64,000 bases of DNA from Thermoproteota archaeon (lineage in GTDB: Archaea > Thermoproteota > Thermoprotei_A > Sulfolobales > Ignisphaeraceae), in contig JAUQPB010000002.1 in the NCBI GenBank assembly GCA_030550585.1, positions 256,001 to 320,000 on the forward strand. Direction: 5' to 3'. Numbering within the stretch: the first letter of the stretch is position 1; each line of letters starts with the position of its first letter. This document shows positions 29,194 to 39,322 of this stretch, one piece after another. The notes beneath the pieces are model-generated. The model had not been told where the DNA came from. It ran no database searches and worked only from the letters and a program-made list of their open reading frames with translations. Position numbers and translations under genes: made by a program.

Positions 29194-30708
29194 ATGGAGT
29201 TTGGAGACATATTGAAACACTATTCTAGTCCTATAGTGAAGGAGACCATCTTTGAGTATTGCAAAGATAGGTGGGTTGCGGTAGAGGGGACGGCTGAGAA
29301 TAGCAGAATATTCGTTAGGTATTTCGGTAAAAAGCCTCTGAAGCTCGACAACATGAATACCCTTCTCGATATTCTGACAAAATATAGGCACTTAAATCCC
29401 AGAACAGTCTACGCCTCTCTCAACATCTATGGCAAGTTAGGTACGGTAGAAGACCTTGAAAACCCCCTCAACATTGTTGCCACAACACCATTTTGGGACA
29501 TAGATGTTGAGGGTTTGGAGAACTGGAGACTAGCTATAGATGCTGCAAAAATTATAGTCGACTTTATAACGAGTAGATATGGCCAGCTGAAATCTCTGTA
29601 TATTGTCTGGAGTGGTGAGGGTGCTCATGTGAGATTGCATGAGAGGGCAATACCCCCAGAGCTCTTTGACACCTATAGCCCAGTTGATGTTGCCTATGCC
29701 ATTGTCGAGTACGTGCTTGAGAATGTAAAGGACAAAATATCTGAGTTGGTTCAGAGGTCTGGGGGCAAGGTCAAGGTGGAGAATCTTGTAGATCCAAAAA
29801 GAGTCTTCACAGCCCCGCTATCTATCCACAGAAAACATGATCTAGTAGCTGTTGCCATAGACGCTAAGAACATAGATTCGTTCGATATAAGCTGGGCCAA
29901 CATCAGAAACTTCAAGACAGACAACCCGTGGAAATATCTTAGCCCTGGAGAGGCCGAGGCCCTAGCTAGAGACGCTATAAAGATTCTCTCAGAGAAGAGA
30001 CATAGATATAGAACAGCTATAGGTGTAGGGGCTGGCAAAAGGGTTTTAGCTGAGGGCGATATAGATAGATTCAATGTTATGGCCCTTCTCCAGGCGGCTA
30101 GGTACTATCTCTTGACAGGAGATATTGAAAAGGCTAAGAGCTTTGGATTGAACAGAGCAATCTTCTATGCGTATCTAAAGTATTATGGCAGGTTCAAAGC
30201 CTATGCCAAGAGAAAAGAGGGTGTAAAGGAGGCTGAGCAAACAGCTCCAAGCTTAGAGGGTTTCGAAGCCAAAGGATCTTCCAAATCCTTGCCTATCGAA
30301 GATGGTGTTGAAACCTCTAGTGACGGCTTCTTCATGATTGGCGGCAGGGTTCAAACGCCAGAGGATTTTGATAGGAATGTTGTTAGAAAGGTAGAGGTGG
30401 TAGCACCTTTCGACATTGTTTGGGAGGCTACACTAAAATACGTCTCAAGGTTTCCTAGGCACATCCTAGTTGATCCACAAAAATTCTATAAGCATGTCTA
30501 TGAGCCTGTTAGAGACGGCTTTATGAAGAAAGTTGTTGAGGAGATTATAGAGCCTCCACCGCAGCAACTATATGTTAAAAAGGATGAGAGGAAACCCGTT
30601 GATATCGAGCCTATAATAAAACATGCTTCTCTGCTTAAGTGGGCTAAGAAACCCTCGTCTCAAGTCTCTCAACAGACGCAGGATAAGGGTGAAGAGAATC
30701 GACAATAA
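29194..30708 (+). CDS. AEP (archaeo-eukaryotic primase superfamily)-like domain fused to an uncharacterised helical domain
   Basis: FWDID (motif I), WSGEGAH (motif II), RVFTAPLSIH; distinct C-domain RFNVMALLQAARYY..SFGLNRAIFYA. Confidence 0.65.
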   Translation: MEFGDILKHYSSPIVKETIFEYCKDRWVAVEGTAENSRIFVRYFGKKPLKLDNMNTLLDILTKYRHLNPRTVYASLNIYGKLGTVEDLENPLNIVATTPFWDIDVEGLENWRLAIDAAKIIVDFITSRYGQLKSLYIVWSGEGAHVRLHERAIPPELFDTYSPVDVAYAIVEYVLENVKDKISELVQRSGGKVKVENLVDPKRVFTAPLSIHRKHDLVAVAIDAKNIDSFDISWANIRNFKTDNPWKYLSPGEAEALARDAIKILSEKRHRYRTAIGVGAGKRVLAEGDIDRFNVMALLQAARYYLLTGDIEKAKSFGLNRAIFYAYLKYYGRFKAYAKRKEGVKEAEQTAPSLEGFEAKGSSKSLPIEDGVETSSDGFFMIGGRVQTPEDFDRNVVRKVEVVAPFDIVWEATLKYVSRFPRHILVDPQKFYKHVYEPVRDGFMKKVVEEIIEPPPQQLYVKKDERKPVDIEPIIKHASLLKWAKKPSSQVSQQTQDKGEENRQ

Positions 30709-31456
30709 ATTTTGCAACGTCTTCAGCTATGCTAATAGCTTTTTCGCTGCTCTCGTCCGAGGCCATTATATACAGCTCTACAACTGGCTTGCCAAGTTCC
30801 TCTCCCTTCGGATGCGACTTGATATAAACCCTAGCAAATTTCTTAACTGCCTTCTCAATGAACGGGGCTAGAGAAGCCTCTGGAACACCCACAATCTTAA
30901 TAGTTATCTCCGCTATGTGAAGCCTCGGACCAATACTCTTTAGCCTTGGCTCAACCCAGCCCTCCCACATACTCATCATCTCACTTGGGACGCCAGGCAA
31001 CGAAACAATGATGGTGTTTCCATGTTCTATCCAGCTGCCAGGTGCTGTCCCAACGGGGTTTGGAATTGGCTCTGCACCTTCTGGCAAATAGGCCATTTTA
31101 ACTCTCTCTGGCGTTAGAGGCAGGCCCTTCTTATCATACTTCTCCTTAACAGTTTTGAAAGCCTCCTCATTTAGAACAAGCCTCCTGCTCAAAGCTTTTG
31201 CAACAGCCTCTAGAGTTCTATCATCATATGTTGGTCCAAGACCACCTGTTGTCACTACGACCCTAGGTCTCTCATGTATCAGCACATTGCTCAAATATCT
31301 TGATACAGTCTCGACATCGTCAACAAGGGTTATTACGCCTATTACATTAAAGCCAAGCAGAGTGAGTCTCCTACCAATGTAAGCAGCATTTGTGTTTACA
31401 ACCCTCCCCTGGACAAGCTCAGTACCTATTGTGAATACCCACGCAGTATAGCTCAT
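30644..31456 (-). CDS. CinA N-terminal/COG1058 molybdopterin-binding-fold pyrophosphatase
   Basis: IGTELVQG..NTN, TGGLGPTYDDRT, NPVGTAPG, LPGVPSEM. Confidence 0.88.
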   Translation of the reverse strand: MSYTAWVFTIGTELVQGRVVNTNAAYIGRRLTLLGFNVIGVITLVDDVETVSRYLSNVLIHERPRVVVTTGGLGPTYDDRTLEAVAKALSRRLVLNEEAFKTVKEKYDKKGLPLTPERVKMAYLPEGAEPIPNPVGTAPGSWIEHGNTIIVSLPGVPSEMMSMWEGWVEPRLKSIGPRLHIAEITIKIVGVPEASLAPFIEKAVKKFARVYIKSHPKGEELGKPVVELYIMASDESSEKAISIAEDVAKFIVDSLHPYPASVERLETRVS

Positions 31457-31616
31457 GGACAGTTCGCCACCGCATCGCTATCCAACTAAACTTTTTAAAT
31501 GTTGGCTTAATAAATGTGGTTAGCAATGTTGCGAAGCTTTTTATAAAGGCTCTCTTTCTCACTAGGCTACACACCTAAAAATCGACTAAGCCTTCGCGCA
31601 AAAAGGTGTTTTTGCA

Positions 31617-32528
31617 TTGAAGATATATCCACAGTGTGTGGTATGCCAAATCAATGTCCGCTACAGAGATTTGGAGAAAGCGAGGAACATGAACGATAAT
31701 GAGAAGATAGCTGTGATGAGCAATGTCATTGGCATTGTAAAGGATTTTATCGATGAATGTTCAAAAAATGCTGCATATCCTTGTGTACCAACTATTCTCG
31801 CCACAAAGCTATTCAGATATATGAAAAGGGTTCTAAGCAACGATGATCCTTATCTAGATGAGAAGATAGCTTCCCATAGAGAAGCTCTAAGGTTTTACGA
31901 CAGCATTAAGAAAATTGTTTTCAGCGAGACTGGTTTTGACAAGCGGTTGGAAAAGGCCATAAGGTTTTCTATACTTGGCAACCTCCTCGACATTGGAGTG
32001 CTCAACTACACTCCTCCAAAGGTTGAGGAGGTTGTTGAAAAGGCTTTGAAGATGGATATCTACGGAGATCTTAACAAAGCCGTAAACATTTTACTCAATT
32101 CGAGAACTATTGTTGTGATACTCGATAATTCGGGTGAGGCCGTTTTTGATAGACTCTTAGCAGATGTTCTGAGAGAGAATGGCACAAAGGTCTACGCTAT
32201 TGTTAAGGGTGGATCCTTCCAAAACGATGTAACGATAAAAGATGCTTTTGTGGCTGAGCTCGACAAAAGCTTTGATGCGGTGCTCGATACGGGGACTGAT
32301 GCCTCTAGTATCTTCTTAGATGAGCTGGGAGAGAGGACAAGAAAAGCTATAGAGGGGGCTGATGTAATAGTTGCAAAGGGTATGGCTAACTACGAGTATA
32401 TCACAGAGGTTGAGAGGGTTCTCGGCAAGACGGTTATATACCTTCTTGTGGCAAAATGCATGCCAATATCTATCGATACTGGAATACCGCTGGGCAAAGC
32501 AGGTGTCATAGTCCATGAAGCCTGGTAA
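31617..32528 (+). CDS. ARMT1-like/DUF89 damage-control phosphatase
   Basis: CVVC, GNLLD, DNSGE, NDVT, KGMANYE, AKC. Confidence 0.88.
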   Translation: MKIYPQCVVCQINVRYRDLEKARNMNDNEKIAVMSNVIGIVKDFIDECSKNAAYPCVPTILATKLFRYMKRVLSNDDPYLDEKIASHREALRFYDSIKKIVFSETGFDKRLEKAIRFSILGNLLDIGVLNYTPPKVEEVVEKALKMDIYGDLNKAVNILLNSRTIVVILDNSGEAVFDRLLADVLRENGTKVYAIVKGGSFQNDVTIKDAFVAELDKSFDAVLDTGTDASSIFLDELGERTRKAIEGADVIVAKGMANYEYITEVERVLGKTVIYLLVAKCMPISIDTGIPLGKAGVIVHEAW

Positions 32529-32617
32529 GCAAATTCTATGTGAATACCAAAGCTTTATAAAACTCTGAACAACACTATGCTTAGACGCTTGGAGATCTGT
32601 GGTGGTGCAACAAAATA

Positions 32618-33970
32618 ATGTCGTACGAATATGTGTGGATTGAAGAACGTAGAAAGAGACCTATAGCCACGATAGCCATTGTAGCCATAAATGTTGCTGT
32701 ATATCTGTATACATCCTACCAAAACTTTTTCGCTCAAACAACAGATGAGTGGATCAACGCTCTCTCATATGTACCAGTTCTTCTCCAAACACCATCTCAA
32801 TGGTATAGGATTATAACAAGCATGTTTACCCATGCAGACATATTCCACATATTCTTCAACATGTGGTTTCTATACTTCTTTGGCTCTGAAGTTGAGAAGA
32901 GCTTGGGCAGTCTAAAGTATCTGATACTCTATTTCGCTTCTGGTCTCCTAGCAATAGTTTTCCACACAGCCTTCATACCAATAGGCGGTGGCATAAACCT
33001 TGTTATCCCAGCTCTCGGAGCCTCTGGAGCCATAAGCGGTGTGCTAGGAGCATACCTAATGCTTTATCCAAGAAGAAAGCTGTCAGGCTGTTATCTAATA
33101 CTGATAATACCCCTATGCTTCACAATGACAGCATCGTGGTTTCTTTTGCTATGGTTCGCCACACAAGTTATCTATGGCTATCTCAGGTTCGGTGGCGTAG
33201 CATTCTTTGCTCATGTAGGCGGGTTTGTAAGTGGAATTGCACTTGTATACCCATTTGCCAGAAGAAGGGAAACCGTGGCAGAGCCGTTGTACCAGCCATT
33301 CTTCATGGAGTGGAGGCATAGACCTGGACTCGGAAGAACACTCAAAGCAGTTCTTGCAATACTTCTACTAGCTGTTATTGGCGGGGCAGCATACTCAACA
33401 TTGATAGCCCCATCGATGAGCGGAGTCTATATGTACACAATAAAGGTTGTTGAAAATGGTGGGAGCGTGACAGAGGACCAGGCATTCTTCTCGCCACCAA
33501 GTGACACTGTGCCTCCATCTACTGATAGTCCAAGGGTAGTCTTCAACAGTCTTCTGTGGTCTGGAATGCTAGTTAATCCTATGTATCCAAGCAATGTTGT
33601 TGTTAGATTACAGATTCCAGAAAAAATTATTAGAGATCCCAACTATGGTCTACGCATAAGGCTTTCAGTCGATGGTCTAGCCATGTATGACTCGAATCAC
33701 ATTCTAAAAAGCTTCAACGGGTCTATCAAAACCGATGTTATTAACGTTGGATATTATTGGCTGTGGCCTGTTGCAAGCATAGGCGAGTATAAAACGTTTT
33801 CTGTTAGCATCAATGGAGTGGATGTTGCAGGCAATGTTGGCTCTACAATAGTCTTTCCATTTGCGGGGATCTCAACACTTACATCAATTCTAGCGCTATA
33901 TATATCCATATACAAGGATCGTGAAATAGCCGAAGAGGAGCTATGGTTTGTAACACCATTTCAGATATAG
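32618..33970 (+). CDS. Rhomboid intramembrane serine protease with extended C-terminal region
   Basis: HADIFHIFFNM, GASG (catalytic Ser), AHVGG (catalytic His). Confidence 0.88.
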   Translation: MSYEYVWIEERRKRPIATIAIVAINVAVYLYTSYQNFFAQTTDEWINALSYVPVLLQTPSQWYRIITSMFTHADIFHIFFNMWFLYFFGSEVEKSLGSLKYLILYFASGLLAIVFHTAFIPIGGGINLVIPALGASGAISGVLGAYLMLYPRRKLSGCYLILIIPLCFTMTASWFLLLWFATQVIYGYLRFGGVAFFAHVGGFVSGIALVYPFARRRETVAEPLYQPFFMEWRHRPGLGRTLKAVLAILLLAVIGGAAYSTLIAPSMSGVYMYTIKVVENGGSVTEDQAFFSPPSDTVPPSTDSPRVVFNSLLWSGMLVNPMYPSNVVVRLQIPEKIIRDPNYGLRIRLSVDGLAMYDSNHILKSFNGSIKTDVINVGYYWLWPVASIGEYKTFSVSINGVDVAGNVGSTIVFPFAGISTLTSILALYISIYKDREIAEEELWFVTPFQI

Positions 33971-33971
33971 G

Positions 33972-34484
33972 ATGATGGAATTGGGCGCACATGGACATGA
34001 ACACCTTTTTGTTGACAGATTCTCTATATGCTTTATAGTCACAAGCGATAGTGTTTTAAGGGGCTTGAAAACCGATGAGATAAGGCCTATAGCAGAGAAT
34101 CTTGGTAGCCTATGCCCCAAGGCTCTTTTAAATGGTTATGTGGTTATAGGCAATAGTATGGGGGATATAAGGAAGGCTGTTCTAGACAACGCAAATAGAT
34201 GCGATGTGATTATTGTGTCTGGGGGAACTGGCATAAGCAGAAAAGATGTTAGTGTAGAGGCTGTCGAACCTGTTGCAGACAAGGCTCTGCCTGGTTTTGG
34301 AGAGCTCTTTAGAGCTATGAGCTATAGAGATGTTGGTGCTAGGGCATATCTATCGAGGGCCTCTGCCTATGTTGTAAACAGCTCCTTGGTTTTCGTTGTG
34401 CCGGGCAACCCAAGTGCTGTTAAACTGGCGCTGGAGATAATATGTGAAATGGCTCCGCATGCATTGTACGAGGCAAGGAGATAG
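33972..34484 (+). CDS. moaB: MoaB/MogA molybdenum cofactor biosynthesis protein
   Basis: VTSD, SGGTGISRKDV, PGFGELFR, LSRA, VPGNP. Confidence 0.85.
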   Translation: MMELGAHGHEHLFVDRFSICFIVTSDSVLRGLKTDEIRPIAENLGSLCPKALLNGYVVIGNSMGDIRKAVLDNANRCDVIIVSGGTGISRKDVSVEAVEPVADKALPGFGELFRAMSYRDVGARAYLSRASAYVVNSSLVFVVPGNPSAVKLALEIICEMAPHALYEARR

Positions 34485-34508
34485 CTATTTGCTGAGGGTA
34501 TACGCATA

Positions 34509-36140
34509 TTGGTCAACGATGAAAATAGTGGCAATGAATATTTGACAGAGTCTCTAAGGCTTGCCGCTGGAAATACATTCATTCTATTTCTCGGCGAGTT
34601 TCTATACAATTTGATACTAGCGATAGGCTCTTTCTTCATTGCCAGAATTCTTGGTAGCGAGGGATACGGCGCATTTTCTCTGGCTTTGGTGCCCCCACTC
34701 TCACTTGTTTCGCTAATGTCTCTAGGTATAGACACAGCCGCAACCAGATACATACAAAAATTTCTTGCTGAGAAGAGAAGAGGGCATGCAGTAAGGGTTA
34801 TCAAAGCATCACTTCTCCTGAGATTTGGCATAAACCTAGTTGGATTCGTATCATGCTTTTTGTTTTCAACACAAATGGCACAGATATTCACCAATAGAGC
34901 TGAGCTTGGGCCATATGTTAAGGCAACATCTATCGTAGTTCTTTTCCAGGGTCTCTACAGCCTGTTTTTAGCGATTTTCATTGGTATGAACATGGCTGTG
35001 GGCGCATCTATAACAAAGGTTGTTTACAGCATTTCGAAGACAATCATATCGATCTCTCTTCTAGTAATATTTGGCATGGGTGTTATGGGGGCTTTGCTAG
35101 GTAATATTGCTGGATATGCAATCTCGCTGGTTGCTGCTACAGCCTTTCTAGTAATATCGTTGCGCAGGTCTGGCAATGATGAGGCTGGGGATGTGGGAGG
35201 TGTTGTTGCAGAGCTTCTACGCTATGGCATACCACTCTACATTTCGTCGATAGTCTCTATAGCTGTTTCCATATATCAGAACCTTTTATTGGCATACACA
35301 CTATCACTTACTGACATAGGGGGCTATAGAGCTATATCCAATTTTAGTGTGCTCATATCGGTTGTATCTGCACCCATCTCTGCATCGCTTTTACCTCTCT
35401 TTACACAGTTCTATGCAAGGTCTCAGAAGCTTGATGAGCTGCTCGATCTATCGAATAAGTATACAGCCTTTGTTTTAGTGCCTGTTACTATGGTTGCAAT
35501 GATATTTTCTAGAGAGCTCATATACCTTTTCTATGGCTCTCAATATCTATTTGCCTATCGATATCTCCCCCTACTGCTTGCACCAAACCTGTTATCAGGT
35601 CTCGGAGGAGTTACCGTGCCAGCCCTACTAAATGCTGTTGGAGATACCAAGGCGAATATGAAGGCGTCTATAATATCTTCAGTAGTGCTTGTAGCAACAT
35701 CTTATATACTAACCGTTGTTCTTGGCCTTGGCCTGTGGGGGTATCTAACATCTCTTCTAATATCATCGATTGCAGGTACCGTAGCAGCCATACAATACGC
35801 TAAACGATATGTGACAAGAGTTGTTGATGTTAGAAAAAGTATAGGAATATACACTGCATCAGCTCTAGCGCTAGTTGCTGTTGTCCCAATATTCTATATC
35901 CCTATTCCAAGGCTTGTAAGCTTGTTTAGATTAGTTACAGGGTTTGTATTGTTTATCTTGATTTACATAGCTTTGTCTATCTATGCTCGAATAATTGGCG
36001 AAGCCGATATAAAGTTCTTTGTAACAGCATTCAGCAAATTCCCGCTAGTGAACATAGTGATGGATGTTTTAGCGAGATACGCCATTGCTCTGACCAAACT
36101 TGTGAACGGCTCTAGGAGGGGGCACAAGAACCTTCACTAG
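34509..36140 (+). CDS. Oligosaccharide flippase (Wzx/MOP family)
   Basis: ARILGSEGYG, LGIDTAATRYI, LLRYGIPL; about 14 TM. Confidence 0.85.
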   Translation: MVNDENSGNEYLTESLRLAAGNTFILFLGEFLYNLILAIGSFFIARILGSEGYGAFSLALVPPLSLVSLMSLGIDTAATRYIQKFLAEKRRGHAVRVIKASLLLRFGINLVGFVSCFLFSTQMAQIFTNRAELGPYVKATSIVVLFQGLYSLFLAIFIGMNMAVGASITKVVYSISKTIISISLLVIFGMGVMGALLGNIAGYAISLVAATAFLVISLRRSGNDEAGDVGGVVAELLRYGIPLYISSIVSIAVSIYQNLLLAYTLSLTDIGGYRAISNFSVLISVVSAPISASLLPLFTQFYARSQKLDELLDLSNKYTAFVLVPVTMVAMIFSRELIYLFYGSQYLFAYRYLPLLLAPNLLSGLGGVTVPALLNAVGDTKANMKASIISSVVLVATSYILTVVLGLGLWGYLTSLLISSIAGTVAAIQYAKRYVTRVVDVRKSIGIYTASALALVAVVPIFYIPIPRLVSLFRLVTGFVLFILIYIALSIYARIIGEADIKFFVTAFSKFPLVNIVMDVLARYAIALTKLVNGSRRGHKNLH

Positions 36141-36215
36141 CTTTAGCTTTTTGCATTCACCTACAGACTTTTAAATTAAGAACACATATTGTATTATCTT
36201 GCTGGCTGTGTGGAT

Positions 36216-37319
36216 ATGAGAGATATCGAGAAATATGCACGTCTAATTGTAGACTATTGTGTGTCTGTAAAGAAATTCGATGAGGTCGCCATATACGGTT
36301 CTGTGGAGGCAATGCCTCTTATCAGAGAGATTTGGAGAGAGGCTGTTGTTAGAGGGGCTTATCCGAGGCTGATAATAAACGATGATTATTTATCAGAGGT
36401 TTTCTACAGGTATGCCCCCAAGGAGCTTCTCGAGTATGTTTCGCCTATAGACAAGTTTATTGCTGAGAAAATTGCTGTGAGAATTTCAATTCTATCACCA
36501 CAACACTCAAAACCGTTGGTAAACGTTGACCCGGACAAGATTAGACAAAGATACAAAGCAATTAGAGAGATTAGAGATATTTTCACAAAGAGAGATGCGG
36601 CTGGGGATCTGAGATGGGTTGTGGCACCATATCCAACCTATGCCATGGCGCAAGAGGCGGGGATGTCGCCTATAGAATTCGAGGAGTTTGTTTATAGAGC
36701 TGTTAAGCTATATGAGAGCGATCCTGTCAGGGCCTGGATGGAGCAGGGCAGGTGGCAAGAGAAAATAGCTAGTATGCTATCTAAAGTTGATGAGCTTAGG
36801 ATAGTGTCGGAGAACACAGATCTTCTCGCTAAGGTTGGTGGAAGAACGTGGATAAATGATGATGGGAGAAACAATATGCCTGGTGGAGAAGTTTTCTCGG
36901 CTCCTCATGAGGATGGCGTTGAAGGGTTCATAGAGTTTGAGTTTCCAGCTGTGTATAGTGGTGTTGAGGTTGAGAGGGTGAGGCTCGTATTTAGGAGGGG
37001 GGAGGTTGTCGAGGCAAACGCTCTAAAAGGTTCGGAATTTCTTAGAAAGATGCTTGAAGTTGATGAAGGGGCTAGAAGAGTGGGTGAAATAGCGTTTGGG
37101 CTAAACTATGATATAAATAGATTTACAAAAGAGATACTGTTTGACGAGAAGATTGGCGGTACAATGCACATGGCCTTGGGCTCGGCATATCTCAAAACTG
37201 GTGGAAGGAATATGTCTTCGATTCACTGGGACATGGTAAAGGATATGAGGAGAGGGAGGGTTTATGCAGACAAGGATTTGATATATGAGAACGGCAAGTT
37301 CATAAAAGATGTTGTGTAG
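36216..37319 (+). CDS. Aminopeptidase, M29 (AmpS/AmpT) (probable start ATG 36216)
   Basis: NMPGGEVFSAP, GEIAFG, LFDEKIGGTMHMALG, SSIHWDM. Confidence 0.92.
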   Translation: MRDIEKYARLIVDYCVSVKKFDEVAIYGSVEAMPLIREIWREAVVRGAYPRLIINDDYLSEVFYRYAPKELLEYVSPIDKFIAEKIAVRISILSPQHSKPLVNVDPDKIRQRYKAIREIRDIFTKRDAAGDLRWVVAPYPTYAMAQEAGMSPIEFEEFVYRAVKLYESDPVRAWMEQGRWQEKIASMLSKVDELRIVSENTDLLAKVGGRTWINDDGRNNMPGGEVFSAPHEDGVEGFIEFEFPAVYSGVEVERVRLVFRRGEVVEANALKGSEFLRKMLEVDEGARRVGEIAFGLNYDINRFTKEILFDEKIGGTMHMALGSAYLKTGGRNMSSIHWDMVKDMRRGRVYADKDLIYENGKFIKDVV

Positions 37320-37325
37320 ATAGAA

Positions 37326-37679
37326 TTGATTGTTGTAGAGATAAACGGGGATAGGATAACCGTTAGAAAATGGAGTATGAGAGACATTGAAGAAATTGTT
37401 TATGCACTTGTCCAGCTAATTCCAATGGGGTGCGTCACAACATATAAAGACATTGCAAATGTGTTAAAACTGAGCCCTCGGCTCGTTGCAAAGGTGCTAA
37501 GCAGAAATAGAAGCCCCATAGCAATACCCTGTCACAGGGTTATAAAATCTGATGGGAGGTTGGGTGGATACACAATCAATGGGAGAAAGGCCCCAAAACT
37601 GAAGGAGCTTCTCTTAAGATTAGAGGGTTATAGCGACTGCATCTACAGTTTAGCTAAAGTGCTTGAAGTAGAGGACTAG
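37326..37679 (+). CDS. Methylated-DNA-protein-cysteine methyltransferase (single-domain MGMT)
   Basis: IPMGCVTTYKDIA, active-site PCHRV, LLRLEG. Confidence 0.85.
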   Translation: MIVVEINGDRITVRKWSMRDIEEIVYALVQLIPMGCVTTYKDIANVLKLSPRLVAKVLSRNRSPIAIPCHRVIKSDGRLGGYTINGRKAPKLKELLLRLEGYSDCIYSLAKVLEVED

Positions 37680-37756
37680 CTCTACAATTTGTAACCGCAG
37701 ACCTTATTTACCTGCTAGCAGTAGAATAGCTATAGGGAGCTAAGTGTCTGAGATCT

Positions 37757-38506
37757 ATGAGAAGGATAAAGATTCCAGAAGGGTATAGACTTTCATCAGT
37801 AGACGACATTCTTAGGTTATTCTCTATAAAACAGATTCCCACAGACAATGTGGACGGCTCCATAATCCTAACAGTGAAGGAGGGCTTGCTGAAAAAGGCT
37901 GTAAATACATATAGGATATATGTTTGGGTGGTTGGGAGAAGCATCTTCTTTGGGCTGTACAGCGAGAATGGCTTAACAGCCTTTGCTAAGATGGATAGGG
38001 AAAAAGACGCGGCTTTGTTCAGCTGCATCGACAAAAGGTATCAGAGGCTTTGCGATGAGCTGTTCAAGTTGGTGAGCAGTGGTATAGAAGAGGTAGCGGA
38101 AAGAGGCTTAGCAACTGAGGTGAGGGCTATTAACAGATTTAGGCTTAGCAATGTTTATGAGAGGTTCCTCGACGGTTTTGCAGAGATAACAGTGGCTTCT
38201 GCAGTAATCAAGTACCCGGTTGTCGAGCGCAGAATCCTCGATAAGATTGCCACAGAGTTTGGCTCTGTTCAAGATATCATAGACTATATTGCCCAGAAAT
38301 ACAAAACAGGGACATACATAGCTGTTATGCTGGCACAAGAGTGGATGTTTGCTATCGCAATAAACATTGATTCAAAGGAGTATACTCCATCCTATATAAA
38401 CTGGGCAACGAATGCAAGAATTGTTGGAAGCGATGCCATAAAGAGGTTTGAACAGCATATAAATGAGATGAATGTAAAGTTCCATGTTTATAGGATGACC
38501 CAGTAG
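37757..38506 (+). CDS. Hypothetical protein
   Basis: 249-aa ORF with typical codon usage; no confident family. Confidence 0.6.
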   Translation: MRRIKIPEGYRLSSVDDILRLFSIKQIPTDNVDGSIILTVKEGLLKKAVNTYRIYVWVVGRSIFFGLYSENGLTAFAKMDREKDAALFSCIDKRYQRLCDELFKLVSSGIEEVAERGLATEVRAINRFRLSNVYERFLDGFAEITVASAVIKYPVVERRILDKIATEFGSVQDIIDYIAQKYKTGTYIAVMLAQEWMFAIAINIDSKEYTPSYINWATNARIVGSDAIKRFEQHINEMNVKFHVYRMTQ

Positions 38507-38615
38507 GTTTTCTTCTATCAATTCAAAACATATGAAACCGGTATTCCGTGGACTTTCTGTGGGTTACTTTTTATATTTGCTAAACAACATAGGGTAGCCA
38601 GACCTATGAATTGGG

Positions 38616-39224
38616 GTGAGTATAATGGAGCCAAAGAGACTTGTGTTAATAGCCATAGCTGCAGTAGCCATAGCAGCTATAGTTGGCATAGCAACGCTAA
38701 GCTATGTTGAGGCACAAGCAAGTCGCTACAATAATGGCAATGGCTGTATATGTCAATGTGGCAACAAGACAGTGACCATTAATACCCCATTCCAAAAGCT
38801 ATTTAACAAGACTTTCAAATGGCAGATACAAATAAAATGGCATAAGCCATTTGGCTTTAGAATAGAAAAGGGCGTTGCCCAACAAAACATTGTTGTTAGC
38901 GATGAATATAAGCAGAAGGTGTTGAGCATACTACAGTCTGATGCAAATGTAAGTAAGCTGCTTGCAGAGGGATACAATGTAACAATGATCAAACCAGTGA
39001 TCCAGGCATATGTCCAAGGTGATGGAACCGTAGCTATGAGGGCTGGCCAAGCCATTGTTGTGCTAACCCTAAAAACAGATGGCAAAATTGGCATAGCATA
39101 TGTGTTTGTAAATGTTGATCAGGGGAAGGTCGAAAAAGTGTTTACATTTGAGAAAACAATAATATTGCCACACAGCACATCAACAACTACAACAACTACC
39201 GCAACCCCCAGCACAAGCTTGTAA
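38616..39224 (+). CDS. Hypothetical secreted/membrane-anchored protein with Thr-rich tail
   Basis: Signal-like N-terminus (KR + hydrophobic run + AQA), CICQC, poly-Thr C-terminus; T-tract at about 39270-39280. Confidence 0.65.
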   Translation: MSIMEPKRLVLIAIAAVAIAAIVGIATLSYVEAQASRYNNGNGCICQCGNKTVTINTPFQKLFNKTFKWQIQIKWHKPFGFRIEKGVAQQNIVVSDEYKQKVLSILQSDANVSKLLAEGYNVTMIKPVIQAYVQGDGTVAMRAGQAIVVLTLKTDGKIGIAYVFVNVDQGKVEKVFTFEKTIILPHSTSTTTTTTATPSTSL

Positions 39225-39322
39225 ATTAAGTGATATACTAGTTTATCATAGGTAGTAGCCCAAAAACAATTATTTTTTTTATTATCCACATTTAATAGAA
39301 TCTCAAAACCTTCTTCAATTGG

